A DNA stretch of 64,000 nt from Peptococcia bacterium (lineage in GTDB: Bacteria; Bacillota; Peptococcia; Peptococcales; SKKY01). Location of the stretch: NCBI GenBank assembly GCA_965228015.1, contig OZ245787.1, forward strand, positions 1,588,023-1,652,022, in the 5' to 3' direction. Of this stretch, positions 1 to 9,854 are shown piece by piece. The notes under the pieces are model-generated. The model was given only the letters and a program-made list of their open reading frames with translations. It did no database searches and had not been told where the DNA came from. The position numbers were made by a program, and so were the translations under genes. The first letter of the stretch is position 1; each line of letters starts with the position of its first letter.

Positions 1-354
1 GCGAAAAATTCATATTATCAAAAAAACAAACCTGAGCTGGATTGGGGTATGATGCTGGTTTTCGGAATAATTATCGGTGCATTTATAGCAGCCTTTTTAT
101 CCGGAGACTTTAATTTTCAAAAAGTACCAGTAATGCGGACAGAACGTTTTTCAGATAGCTTTCTTCTTCGATTTATTGTTGCATTTATTGGGGGAGCTTT
201 TCTTGGAGTTGGCTCAAGGTGGGCTGGTGGCTGTACAAGTGGGCACGGAATCAGCGGAACAAGTCAGCTTTCAGTACTTAGCTGGGCAGCAGCAGGTGCA
301 TTTTTTGCCGGTGGTATTGCCGTTGCCTTTATGATATTTGGATTGCCGGGGTGA
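1..354 (+). CDS. YeeE/YedE-family (sulfur-transport-like) membrane protein, 5' end probably outside the window
   Basis: Frame is open from base 1; hydrophobic helices and the family signature RWAGGCTSGHGISG; followed by a second YeeE/YedE-like ORF. Confidence 0.6.
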   Translation, partial: AKNSYYQKNKPELDWGMMLVFGIIIGAFIAAFLSGDFNFQKVPVMRTERFSDSFLLRFIVAFIGGAFLGVGSRWAGGCTSGHGISGTSQLSVLSWAAAGAFFAGGIAVAFMIFGLPG

Positions 355-358
355 TGAG

Positions 359-907
359 ATGAAGAAGAATTATGATAATAAAAATCTTCAGCTGTTTTAT
401 GGTTTAATGATTGGTATCGCTTTTGGCTTTCTTTTACAAAAAGGGGGAGTAACAAAATATGATGTAATTGTTGGTCAGTTAAGATTAATTGACTTTACAG
501 TGGTGCAAATAATTATTACGGCAATAATTGTAATAATGCTGGGAATTAGTTTCTTTTATCCCCGGGGAATTATTGAAGTAAAAACAAAAGCAGGATCAAT
601 AAAAAACTCTGTTATTGGAGGTTTAATTTTTGGTGCGGGTTTTGGACTTTTAGGCTACTGCCCTGGAATTATTGCAGGGGCAATTGGTAATGGATATTTA
701 GATGCTATGACTGGTGGACTTTTAGGCATTATTTTCGGCTCAGCCTTATTTGCTTTTATGTATCCGGAACTAAAAGAAAAGAAAATTCTCACTGAAGATA
801 AATTTAGCAAGGTTAGTTATTTTGACAAAGTAAAGGGCACTCCCTTTAAGATAACAATTCCTTTCTCCCTTATTCTTCTTGTGGTATTATTTCTTATAGA
901 AATGTAA
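359..907 (+). CDS. YeeE/YedE-family membrane protein (second member of the pair)
   Basis: ORF 338-907, likely start MKKNYDNK at 359; multi-pass membrane protein with GYCPG motif; overlaps the stop of the upstream paralogue. Confidence 0.6.
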   Translation: MKKNYDNKNLQLFYGLMIGIAFGFLLQKGGVTKYDVIVGQLRLIDFTVVQIIITAIIVIMLGISFFYPRGIIEVKTKAGSIKNSVIGGLIFGAGFGLLGYCPGIIAGAIGNGYLDAMTGGLLGIIFGSALFAFMYPELKEKKILTEDKFSKVSYFDKVKGTPFKITIPFSLILLVVLFLIEM

Positions 908-929
908 AAACGGGGGATACAAATCAGAG

Positions 930-1544
930 ATGCATATACTTGAAATTGTTGAAATACTTGGAACCATTGCTTTTGCAATGTCAGGGGCTTTTGTAGCCAT
1001 AGATAAAGAGCTGGATTATTACGGAATTGCAATATTTGCAATTGTAACCGCTACCGGAGGAGGAATAATCCGGGATATTTTGGTTAGCAAAAATGTCCCT
1101 ATATCTTTGGAAAATCCATTTTTTGCTCTTATAAGTATTGCTTCCGCAATAATTATAATCTTTTTCTACAATAAGGTCACTTCAACAAACACCAGAAAGA
1201 TAATACAATATCTTGATGCGGCAGGATTAGCTGCATTTACTGCAATTGGTGCAAGAGTGGCAATGTTTAATGGATTTGATCAGCCATATATAATTATTAC
1301 CTTTGCGGTTTTGACAGGAACAGGGGGAGGAATAATCCGGGATGTTTTTGCCCGGGAAATACCCTTTGTTTTTCGCAAAGAAGTATATGCAGTTGCTTCA
1401 ATTATAGGGGCAATAGTTTATATTCTTGCATTGGAATGGTTTGGGGCTCCAGCAGCTTTATACAGCTGTCTGGCAACCACCCTTTTTATTCGAATATATA
1501 GTATGGAAAAAGATCTGCACTTGGATTGTGTAAAAAAACATTAG
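930..1544 (+). CDS. TRIC/UPF0126-family membrane protein (YadS/YicG-like)
   Basis: 204 aa, two internal repeats each with the TGGGIIRD motif typical of UPF0126/glycine-transporter domains. Confidence 0.7.
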   Translation: MHILEIVEILGTIAFAMSGAFVAIDKELDYYGIAIFAIVTATGGGIIRDILVSKNVPISLENPFFALISIASAIIIIFFYNKVTSTNTRKIIQYLDAAGLAAFTAIGARVAMFNGFDQPYIIITFAVLTGTGGGIIRDVFAREIPFVFRKEVYAVASIIGAIVYILALEWFGAPAALYSCLATTLFIRIYSMEKDLHLDCVKKH

Positions 1545-1601
1545 AAAATCCGCCTCATATTATATGGGCGGATTTGTTTTTTTATGGTTTGCTTTTTCTT
1601 T

Positions 1602-2603
1602 TTACAAAATTTCGGGCGTTTTTAATTCCCCCAAATTCTGCAAACATACTTTCAATTTTCTTTTTTCAATTTCTTTGGAGTTCAGACCTTCATATCCTGC
1701 TTCTTTTTTCAGCTTAAGGTAGCTTTCCAGTCTTTCCTCAGAAATGGTGCTATCTTCAATACCTTTTCGAAGAGCACATCCAGGCTCACTTTTGTGAGAA
1801 CAATCTTTAAACCTGCATTCAGTGGCGAGGGCTTCAATATCTTCAAAGGATCTCGAAAGGTCAGCTTGATCAATTCCCAATTCTCTCATTCCCGGAGTAT
1901 CAATTACTACACCACCATTTGGAAGAATAAACAAATCTCTTCTTGTAGTTGTGTGGCGTCCTTTATCATCACTACGAATTTCACTGGTTTTAATTACATC
2001 TTTCCCCAGAACTTTATTAATTAAAGTAGATTTCCCAACTCCTGATGAATCAACAAAAGCTCCGGTTTTACCTTCTTTAATATATTTAAGAACCTGCAGA
2101 TGATCATCATCATTTTCCATTGAGGTTATAATAACATCAACTCCGGGAGCAACTTCCTCTACTTCCTGCAATTTTTCTGAAAGATTATCAGCAAGATCAG
2201 CTTTCGTTAAAACAATTAGGGGAACAGCCCCGCTATCCCAGGCAATAGCTAAATAGCGCTCTATTCTTCTCAAATTAAAATCATTGTTAAGAGACATGCA
2301 AATAAAAATGTAATCAATATTTGCAGCAATAATTTGAGTGATTTTTTCATTTCCCGCTGCTTTACGAGCTAACAAACTTTTTCGTGGAAGTAATTCGTGG
2401 ATTATGCCATTTTCTGCAGAATCACTTTCCCGGTCAACCATTACATAATCTCCAACAGCAGGAAAGGATGCAGGACTAGTAGCAGAAAACCGAAACTTAC
2501 CAGACGCTTCACCAGTGAGTTCCTCATTAGTCATAGCTATCTTATATAAATCTTTGTATTGGGAAATAATTCTTCCTTTAAAAAAATTTACTTCATTATT
2601 CAA
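1602..2603 (-). CDS. rsgA: Ribosome small-subunit-dependent GTPase A
   Basis: 333 aa; circularly permuted GTPase order (LTKADL before SGVGKSTLIN) and C-terminal zinc knuckle CRFKDCSHKSEPGCAL. Confidence 0.85.
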   Translation of the reverse strand: MNNEVNFFKGRIISQYKDLYKIAMTNEELTGEASGKFRFSATSPASFPAVGDYVMVDRESDSAENGIIHELLPRKSLLARKAAGNEKITQIIAANIDYIFICMSLNNDFNLRRIERYLAIAWDSGAVPLIVLTKADLADNLSEKLQEVEEVAPGVDVIITSMENDDDHLQVLKYIKEGKTGAFVDSSGVGKSTLINKVLGKDVIKTSEIRSDDKGRHTTTRRDLFILPNGGVVIDTPGMRELGIDQADLSRSFEDIEALATECRFKDCSHKSEPGCALRKGIEDSTISEERLESYLKLKKEAGYEGLNSKEIEKRKLKVCLQNLGELKTPEIL

Positions 2604-2716
2604 TTTTTTTACCTCCTGTATTTTTAAATATAATTAATTACAGTGGTAAATTACGCTCTCCAAAATACTTATATTTCTCAAAAAAATACCTCTTCTTTTA
2701 AATTTTCGATTTAATT

Positions 2717-3016
2717 TTACATCTCTTCAAGCTGATTTTCAAGGCGGTTTTCTTTGTTGCTAAATCTTAGCAATATGGCAAAAAAAGGAATTATATTAAG
2801 GAAAGGGGAAATACTCAGAAAATAAAATAAGAATTTACTTCCGCAGCTCATGTTCAAAACCTTGTTTGCATCATATATGAAAAAAATCAACATAGCTGTT
2901 GTTAAAACCCATGTATTGGGAAAGAAAAATGCAACAGCCAAAGTAAGTAGATATACAGTTATAAACTGTTTCTTTTCAGATTGAAGGTTTAGTAATTCTT
3001 CTTTAATTGAAGTCAT
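2717..3016 (-). CDS. Small hypothetical membrane protein
   Basis: 99-aa ORF with hydrophobic segments in a gap between annotated genes; no recognisable family. Confidence 0.3.
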   Translation of the reverse strand: MTSIKEELLNLQSEKKQFITVYLLTLAVAFFFPNTWVLTTAMLIFFIYDANKVLNMSCGSKFLFYFLSISPFLNIIPFFAILLRFSNKENRLENQLEEM

Positions 3017-3162
3017 TTTTATACACCTCCGGTTAATTAATATTTCTGTATTTAAAGTATAGTTCAGATATATTAGTCTGGGATTAATGAATAATTAGAA
3101 TCAGATTAGAGATTTACAACTGCTCTAAAGGGGTATTTATTAGACTAAAGGGGGAGATTACT

Positions 3163-3678
3163 TTGAAAAAAGCACTGCTTGTTATAGATATGCTAAATGA
3201 TTTTATAAATGAAAAGGGAAGTTTGTATATTGGGAAGGCTTCAAAGCTCATAGAGAATATATCTGGAAGGATTAAGGAATATCGGGATAAAGGTGATACT
3301 ATAATTTATGTAATGGATAAACATTTGGAAAATGATGAAGAATTTAATATGTTCCCATTCCATTGTATTGCTGGAGAGTGGGGATCAGAGGTAGTTCCGG
3401 AGCTTGCTCCTCAAAAGGGAGATTACCTTATTAGTAAAAGAAGATACAGTGCCTTCTTTGGGACAGATCTGGATCTTACTTTGAGGGAACTTGATATAAA
3501 AGAAATTGAACTCACTGGAGTTTGTACAAACATCTGCCTTCTTTATACTGCCGCGGATGCCAGAATGCTAAATTATGATGTTCTTTTGCATAAAGAATGT
3601 GCATCTTCCTTTGATATGGAAGCTCATAATTTTGCTTTAAAAGAAATGGATAAAACCTTGAGAGTGAAGGTGATATAA
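3163..3678 (+). CDS. pncA: Isochorismatase-family cysteine hydrolase, probable nicotinamidase
   Basis: 171 aa, TTG start after GGGGGAG RBS; VIDMLNDF and TGVCTNICLL (catalytic Cys) motifs; directly upstream of pncB remnant. Confidence 0.7.
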   Translation: MKKALLVIDMLNDFINEKGSLYIGKASKLIENISGRIKEYRDKGDTIIYVMDKHLENDEEFNMFPFHCIAGEWGSEVVPELAPQKGDYLISKRRYSAFFGTDLDLTLRELDIKEIELTGVCTNICLLYTAADARMLNYDVLLHKECASSFDMEAHNFALKEMDKTLRVKVI

Positions 3679-3682
3679 AAAA

Positions 3683-4872
3683 ATGGAAAATTACAATGCG
3701 CTGCATACAGATTATTATCAGCTAAATATGATGCAAACCTATTTTAATAAAGGACTTCATGAAAAGCGGGGAGTATTTGATATGTTTTTCCGCAAGCTTC
3801 CCTTTGGAAATGGTTTTGCGGTTTTTGCAGGATTAGAAGAAATATTAAATTATCTTGAAAACCTAAAATTTACAGAAAGTGACTTAGAATATCTAAAGGA
3901 AAAGGGCTTCGGAGAAGAGTTTTTAAATTTGCTTAGGGACTTTAAGTTTCAGGGGGATGTTTATGCTGTGAGAGAAGGTGAAATAGTTTTTCCTAATGAG
4001 CCTATTCTTACAATAGAAGGAACTATTTTTGAAGCTATGTTGGTGGATTTGACAGAACTTCCTTGGTCGAAGCTGGAAAGAGATTTGGAATTCCGGTAAT
4101 TGGAACAATGTCCCATGCTTTTGTGTAAAGCTTTGAAGATAGGAGTACCTAATGCAATAAAAGGCAGCAAAAATACTTTCAAAAAAAGGTATCAAAGTAG
4201 ACGGAATTCGTTTGGACAGCGGAGACTTGGCTTATTTGTCAAAGGAAGCAAGAAAAATGCTGGATGGAGAGAGACTTCAGGATGTAAAGATTGTAGCTTT
4301 CAGTGATTTAGATGAGAATATTATAGCTACTTTAGAGCTTCAGGGCGGGAAAATTGATACTTATACTGTGGGAACCAAAGTAATTACGGCCTACGACCAG
4401 CCTGCTTTAGGGGGAGTCTATAAGTTATCTGAGACAATAGAGGAAGGAATTAGGATTCCCAAAATTAAGGTTTCTGATAATGTAGAAAAAATTATAATCC
4501 CGGGAAGAAAAAAGCTATACAGAATTATTAACCAGGAAACAGGGAAGGCTGAAGGAGATTATATCGCAAGGTTTATTGAAGCACTCCCACCTGAAGGAGA
4601 CAATTTACTGCTATTTGATCCAATTCATACCTGGAAGAAAAAACTGTTGAAAAATATAAGGCAGTTGAGCTTCAGGAACAGGTGATGGATAAAGGAAAAA
4701 AATTAAGGAAGATCCTAATATTGAAGAGATAAAAGATTATAAAAAGAAGGCATTAAATCAATTTTGGGATGAATATAAGCGCCTGGTAAATCCTCAGGAA
4801 TACTATGTTGATTTATCTCAAGAACTTTGGGAGCTTAAAGATAAAATGATAAAAGAAAAAAGGAAAAATTAA
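3683..4872 (+). pseudogene. pncB: Nicotinate phosphoribosyltransferase, disrupted (frameshifts plus internal deletions)
   Basis: N-terminal 138 aa (HTDYYQLNMMQTYF), middle pieces AGKRFGIPVIGTMSHAFV and GVPNAIK in other frames, GIRLDSGDLAYLSKEAR block 4212-4685, C-terminal tail to 4872; total length about 80 aa shorter than typical NAPRTase. Confidence 0.75.
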
Positions 4873-5448
4873 TGGACATATTAAAAATGATTTCAGAACA
4901 ACTTAATAATGAGGAAAATTTAAAAAAATTGCAGAAAAAGCCGGAGCACAACCAAATCAGGTTAAACAGGCAGCACAACTTGGATTACCAGCAATTCTTC
5001 AGGCTCTTGGGAAAAATGCAGCAAATCCTCAAGGAGCAGCTTCTTTATCAAAGGCCCTGGAAGATCATCAAAGTGATAATGTTCTTGATGTGAGCAGTTT
5101 TTTTAGCAAAGTTGATACAAAAGATGGAGCAAAAATATTGCAGCATATTTTTTCAGAAAAATTCCCGGCAGTAGGCAGTAAGCTTGCAAATCAATCCGGC
5201 ATGGATACAGACCAGGCAATGGGTGTGTTATTTCAGCTGGCACCATTGGTTTTAGGAGCATTGGGACAGCAAAAGAAACAGGAAAATGTAGGAGTGTCAG
5301 ATCTTTCGTCAATGTTAATGGGACTGGCAAAAAACAAGCTGGTGGAAGTAATATGATGTCACAAATTACAAATCTTTTGGATGCAGATAATGACGGAAGT
5401 ATAGTTGATGATGTAACTGGATTATTAGGAAAATTTATGAAGAGATAG
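4872..5448 (+). pseudogene. DUF937-family protein with two homopolymer frame breaks
   Basis: MDILKMISEQL.. then AEKAGAQPNQVKQAAQLGLPAILQALGKN.. and ..LLDADNDGSIVDDVTGLLGKFMKR in shifted frames; breaks at the A7 run 4922-4928 and the A6 run 5329-5334. Confidence 0.6.
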
Positions 5449-5455
5449 ATTGCAG

Positions 5456-5510
5456 TTGACGTACAGTATTTTGTACAGTATAGCTTAAGTACAATAATCT
5501 GTACGAAAGG
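5456..5510 (+). promoter_or_regulatory. Putative yefM-yoeB promoter with TGTACA-type operator half-sites
   Basis: TTGACG (5456-5461), 17-nt spacer, TATAGC (5479-5484); GTACA/TGTACA motifs repeated four times across the region, including TGTACA at 5472-5477. Confidence 0.45.
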
Positions 5511-5519
5511 TGTGATTAG

Positions 5520-5786
5520 ATGAAAGCGATAAACTATACGACACTTAGAGAAAACATGAAAACTTACATGGATGAAATAACTAATGATTATGAGGTAATG
5601 GTAGTTACAAGAAAAGATAATAAGAATGTGGTTATGTTGTCAGAAGAGACATACAATAATCTTATGGAAAATATTTATGTAACAGGCAACAAAGAGAATT
5701 ATGGTTGGCTTATGAAATTCAAGAAACAGTTAGAGAAAGGTAAAGCTGAAATAAAATATCTTTATGAGGCAGATTCAGATGAATAA
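5520..5786 (+). CDS. yefM: Type II antitoxin, Phd/YefM family
   Basis: 88 aa; MKAINYTTLRENMKTYMDEITNDYEVMVVTRK..VVMLSEETYNNLMEN is a typical YefM; 8-nt overlap with the downstream YoeB reading frame. Confidence 0.85.
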   Translation: MKAINYTTLRENMKTYMDEITNDYEVMVVTRKDNKNVVMLSEETYNNLMENIYVTGNKENYGWLMKFKKQLEKGKAEIKYLYEADSDE

Positions 5787-6041
5787 TATTTTTACTGAGA
5801 ATGCCTGGGCAGACTATTTGTATTGGCAGACAGAAGATAAAAAACCTTAAAGAAAATTAATACCTTGCTTTTGGATATTTCCAGGAATGGAAATGAAGGA
5901 ATAGGTAAATTTGAACCATTGAGAGGTAATTTAGCTAGGTTTTGGAGTAGAAGGATAAATGATAAAGACAGATTAATATATAAAATTGATTCTGAAAATA
6001 TTTATATTTTAGCATGTCGATATCATTACAATGAAAGATAG
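5779..6041 (+). pseudogene. yoeB: Type II toxin YoeB/Txe family, frameshifted
   Basis: MNNIFTENAWADYLYWQTEDKK, then after a frame change at the A6 run 5839-5844: TLKKINTLLLDISRNGNEGIGKFEPLRGNLARFWSRRINDKDRLIYKIDSENIYILACRYHYNER. Confidence 0.8.
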
Positions 6042-6046
6042 TACAA

Positions 6047-6087
6047 TAAAAGTCCCACGGCCGGGGGAATAGCCGTGGGACTTTTAT
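6047..6087. terminator. Bidirectional stem-loop terminator between convergent genes
   Basis: AGTCCCACGGC (6051-6061) pairs with GCCGTGGGACT (6072-6082), with T/A runs on both sides. Confidence 0.6.
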
Positions 6088-6088
6088 G

Positions 6089-7468
6089 TTATTGTGGTGG
6101 AGATATTCTTTCCTGTGATTTATTAGGACGCTCACCAGGGGGATTTTGTTGGAATTTCTGATCATCAAAGTTTTCCGGTCTTTGGCCTCCTCTGTTGTCA
6201 GGTCCAAATCCTTGAGCCTTTGTAGTTACGCCATCTTCATTTAGATAAGTGACCATGTTTTCAATTGTAAATTCTACAACTTTATTATCTTCGGTAAAGA
6301 TAGAATATTTTTCACCACTTTTAAGCTCTGGATTGCTAAAGGCAGTAGAGTTAAAGGCTTTTGCTGACTGATGACTAATTATTACGCTTCCATCACTGTC
6401 CCGTAAAGAAATTATCGTACCTGCTTGCTGACTTGTGGAAAAGGTCATTAGCAATGAGGGTTGGGTAGAGCTTTCTCCTGCCGTCTGAGCCATTCCGGAG
6501 CTGCCAACTCCTACAATGCTTCCGCCAGAAAGGTTAAACTCTCTGCCATAATCAATAGCAGAATCACCGCCCCCGATTGGTCCGTCAACAATCACATTTC
6601 CTCCCGTCATTTCAATTGAACCATTTGAATTAAGGTCATCTCCATCAGCATTAACATAAATATCTCCGCCATGAATAGTCAGCAGGCCCCGCCTCATTTA
6701 TATTTATTCCATCATCATTTGAAACAATGTTTACAGCTCCGGCGTTTATTGTTATAAAAGGAGCTTCCAGGCCTTCTTTGGATTTTAATATATTTATATT
6801 TCCACTATTAATAGTTAAAATCCCCTTCCCTTCATCTGTTTCGTTAGTTGCACGAATTCCATCTTTCCCTGCAGATATTTCAATTGTAGCATTGGCTATT
6901 TCAACACTGTATTTTTCCGTAATAGCATCTTGAAGACTAATGATTTTTAGATCCCTCCCGTTATTTTCAAATCATCTCTGCCATTTATTCCATCATTAAA
7001 ATTAGCATTTATTTCCAAATAGCCAGGTCCAGTAATTTCCAGGCCGTCCTTACTGAAGATTGTGGACTTGGGTTCATCATCAGCATTAACTACAACGTTT
7101 TCTGTATCAGAAAGATAGTTTTTTGAGCCTTCCTGAAGATATATTGTTTTGTCTTTTGCGGCTTTAATATACACAGGAACACTGGTCTTACTGGTAATAT
7201 TTACTCCATTAAAAATTAATATGACTTGGCCATCATCAGAATCCTTGTCCACATCAACAATTATCCCTCCATCGGATATTATGCCAGATAATTCATAAGT
7301 TCCGGAAGAAGTTATTTTATGCAGATCTGTTGAGGTTAGATTAATAATTTGTTTTTCTGAGTCAATTTCAGGGTTTTTGGCCATAATGTCAGAAGTCGCT
7401 GTATTTGCACAGCCGGGCAATATTAGGATTAATATTAAAATTATCAATAAGCTGGTTAATTTTTTCAT
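6089..7468 (-). pseudogene. Carbohydrate-binding/beta-helix lipoprotein (DUF4353-like), split by two frameshifts
   Basis: N-terminal ORF 6947-7468 with lipobox LPGC and SGTYELSGII..VILIFNGVNITSKTSVPVYIK; middle segment 6700-6945 open in a third frame; C-terminal ORF 6089-6697 with GGD/GGN repeats. Confidence 0.55.
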
Positions 7469-7474
7469 ATAATA

Positions 7475-8161
7475 TTACTCTCCATTTGTATTATTTATTG
7501 TTAAGGAAATATTCAGATTCCCGTTTTTTGATCTTAATTCATCAATTAATTCCTTTTGGGAGTCAGAACTTTTTAAGACTATTGTATAAAAAAGCTCAAA
7601 AAGAGATCCGAAGTTTGAAGTTTTTACTTTATTTAACTTCCAATCGTGAAGATAACTAGTAAAGGTTTCATCAAAAAGATGGTTGTAATTCATATCCTCA
7701 GGGATAGTTATTTTAAGATTCATTTTGGGTGTAGATGACTGCCCGTAACGGGTTTTAGCAATTATTATCATAACAAGGCACAATATTAATGCGAAAATTA
7801 AAGCATAGAAAAGATAGCCCATTCCACAGACCAGTCCCACAGCAAGAGTAAAGAATACATAAGCAATATCTTTAGGATCTCCAGGGGCGCTTCTAAAGCG
7901 AATCAGGCGAAAGGCGCCGGCAAGACTAAAAGCCCGGGCAACATTATTTCCAACAAGTAATATGATTACTGCAATAATTACAGGGAGCATAATTAAAGTA
8001 ACTGGAAAGTTTTCAGCGTATCCTTCTTTTCTATGAGTTTTAATGTATACCTGGCTTATCATTAAACCAAGTGTTAAAGATGAAAGTACTACCATAAGTA
8101 TCCCCTGTAAGTTCAGATTCAGGGCTTCTGTTGAACCTAAGTTGAGGAAAGATTCAAGCAT
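7475..8161 (-). CDS. DUF4956-family membrane protein
   Basis: 228 aa, N-terminal TM helices plus soluble C-terminal domain; sits between VTC-domain and beta-helix genes, an arrangement I recall from other Firmicutes. Confidence 0.55.
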   Translation of the reverse strand: MLESFLNLGSTEALNLNLQGILMVVLSSLTLGLMISQVYIKTHRKEGYAENFPVTLIMLPVIIAVIILLVGNNVARAFSLAGAFRLIRFRSAPGDPKDIAYVFFTLAVGLVCGMGYLFYALIFALILCLVMIIIAKTRYGQSSTPKMNLKITIPEDMNYNHLFDETFTSYLHDWKLNKVKTSNFGSLFELFYTIVLKSSDSQKELIDELRSKNGNLNISLTINNTNGE

Positions 8162-8896
8162 ACTGTTTCACCTCCCGGCTGATACTGGATAAGGAAAAAT
8201 TTTGGAACTCCCTGCCGTATTTTGAGAAGGATTGAGGGAATATTTTTTCTTTAGATAACAGCTCTGCCAGCCAAAGGGGGTAAGCTCCTGAAGTTTTAAT
8301 TTTAAGTAAATACTCTTTATTCGAAATAAGAGGATTTCCAGATGCTCCATGTTTCAAATCTATATCAAATCTACGAGTGAAGATATTTTTGTCAAAGGTA
8401 AGGCGGAAATCTTTATCCTCCTTGCCGAACCAGGCAAAACGGTCATAGCTGATAAATACCTTTGGAGAAACAGGGTGCATATTTAGAAAATGACTGATTT
8501 CCTTTAGTACCTGATTATTTATGTACTCTGAAGATTCAGGCATCGTATTATTTTCAAGAAATTCTCTTGATTCTTTAAGAGATAATATAGCTCTTCTTTT
8601 GCATACAATACCTCCGATTTTCTTTTTAAGTTCTAAAAAACCTTTTCCTCATTATTTTTGATTTTTCCATAGCTTCTTAACCTAAGCTTTTCTTTATAAT
8701 ATGGCTTAGACAGGGAATGGCGTATAATCTGGTTGTCTGGAGTATCAAAATAAATATTATAAATTTTGTATGGATCTCCGCTTTCATTAAACTTATCTGA
8801 AACCATATATTTTTTAATGTGATTATTCAGAATTTGAAATTGATTTTCAGTAATCAGATATTTTTTCTCATATCTTTTAAAAGTTGTTAAAGCCAT
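8154..8896 (-). pseudogene. VTC-domain (polyphosphate-polymerase-like) protein, frameshifted
   Basis: MALTTFKRYEKKYLITENQF..YYKEKLRLRSYG, then LELKKKIGGIVCKRR.. continues in another frame; break at the homopolymer 8635-8640. Confidence 0.65.
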
Positions 8897-9004
8897 CTTA
8901 AAGCTCCTTTCTGTTTATCTTTACAAGTAAATAATAGAGCCTTAATCTGTATTTAATATGTTGGTTATGTGAAGAAATAAAAAAAGTAACCAGCATTTAG
9001 CCGA

Positions 9005-9723
9005 TTACTTTTTGAAAGTTACTATTCTTTTTTCAGATTCCTTAGTAAGAATCGCAAATAGGAGAGTGATGGATCCATAGGTTAAAACTATATCCGAAAA
9101 TTTTCCGGGATCTAAGGCTTCTTCTTCAAGACCGGCATTGAGGCCTCGGCGTAAACCCTTTCCTTCTTTTATATTGTCCTCAAAAGTAGTGGCAATCCAA
9201 TGGGAGAAATCTGAGTTAATTGTATTGCAAACTCCTGTGACAAGAAGAAATACTATTAAGGCAGCTCCTAATATTTTTCCAATTTTTGCAGGAAGTTTAA
9301 TCCTTTTGGTTATAAATCTTTTTAAATAGTTCCAGTGTAAGCCGATATGAATTCCAATTAATATTATTGCCAGGGCAGAGGCAAAATAATGAATACTTTT
9401 CCAAAGAATAATGTCTCCTTTAATATTAATAAAAACAGTTTTGGAAATCATAATACCACTGATTACGATCAGGATAAATGAAACAAACAAAAGGAAATTA
9501 ATCATCCAGCAAATTTCACTTCTAATTGGAAGCATTTTATCTGTAAGTCTAAGTGAAATATTTTTAATCCATGACCAGTTTATTATATTGTGAATAATAA
9601 AAAGACCGATTAAAAACAGCCCCAATCTCATGATACTCCATAGATACAGTTTTTTGTTATACATAGAGAAAAGCATAATGGCCATAATTATATCTAATAT
9701 TATTTTAAACCTGTTTTTTTCAT
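9005..9723 (-). CDS. Polytopic membrane protein (DUF4405-like, tentative)
   Basis: Four or more TM helices with conserved His. An ATG at 9723 after GGAG would give MKKNRFKIILDIIM only if the T7 run 9714-9720 were one base longer; otherwise the first in-frame Met is at 9685. Confidence 0.5.
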
Positions 9724-9794
9724 CCTTATCATCTCCAAAAAGGATACTTTTATTAATTTGATTATATTCCTTAATTGTGACAAAATGGTGAAGA

Positions 9795-9840
9795 AAAAAG
9801 AAAAAGGACTCAAGAATACAATTTTCTTGAGTCCTTTTTA
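9795..9840 (-). terminator. Rho-independent terminator of the GNAT-Gre gene
   Basis: AAAAAGGACTCAAGA (9801-9815) pairs with TCTTGAGTCCTTTTT (9825-9839); T-rich tail on the minus-strand transcript. Confidence 0.55.
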
Positions 9841-9854
9841 TTGGGAATAGTTTT

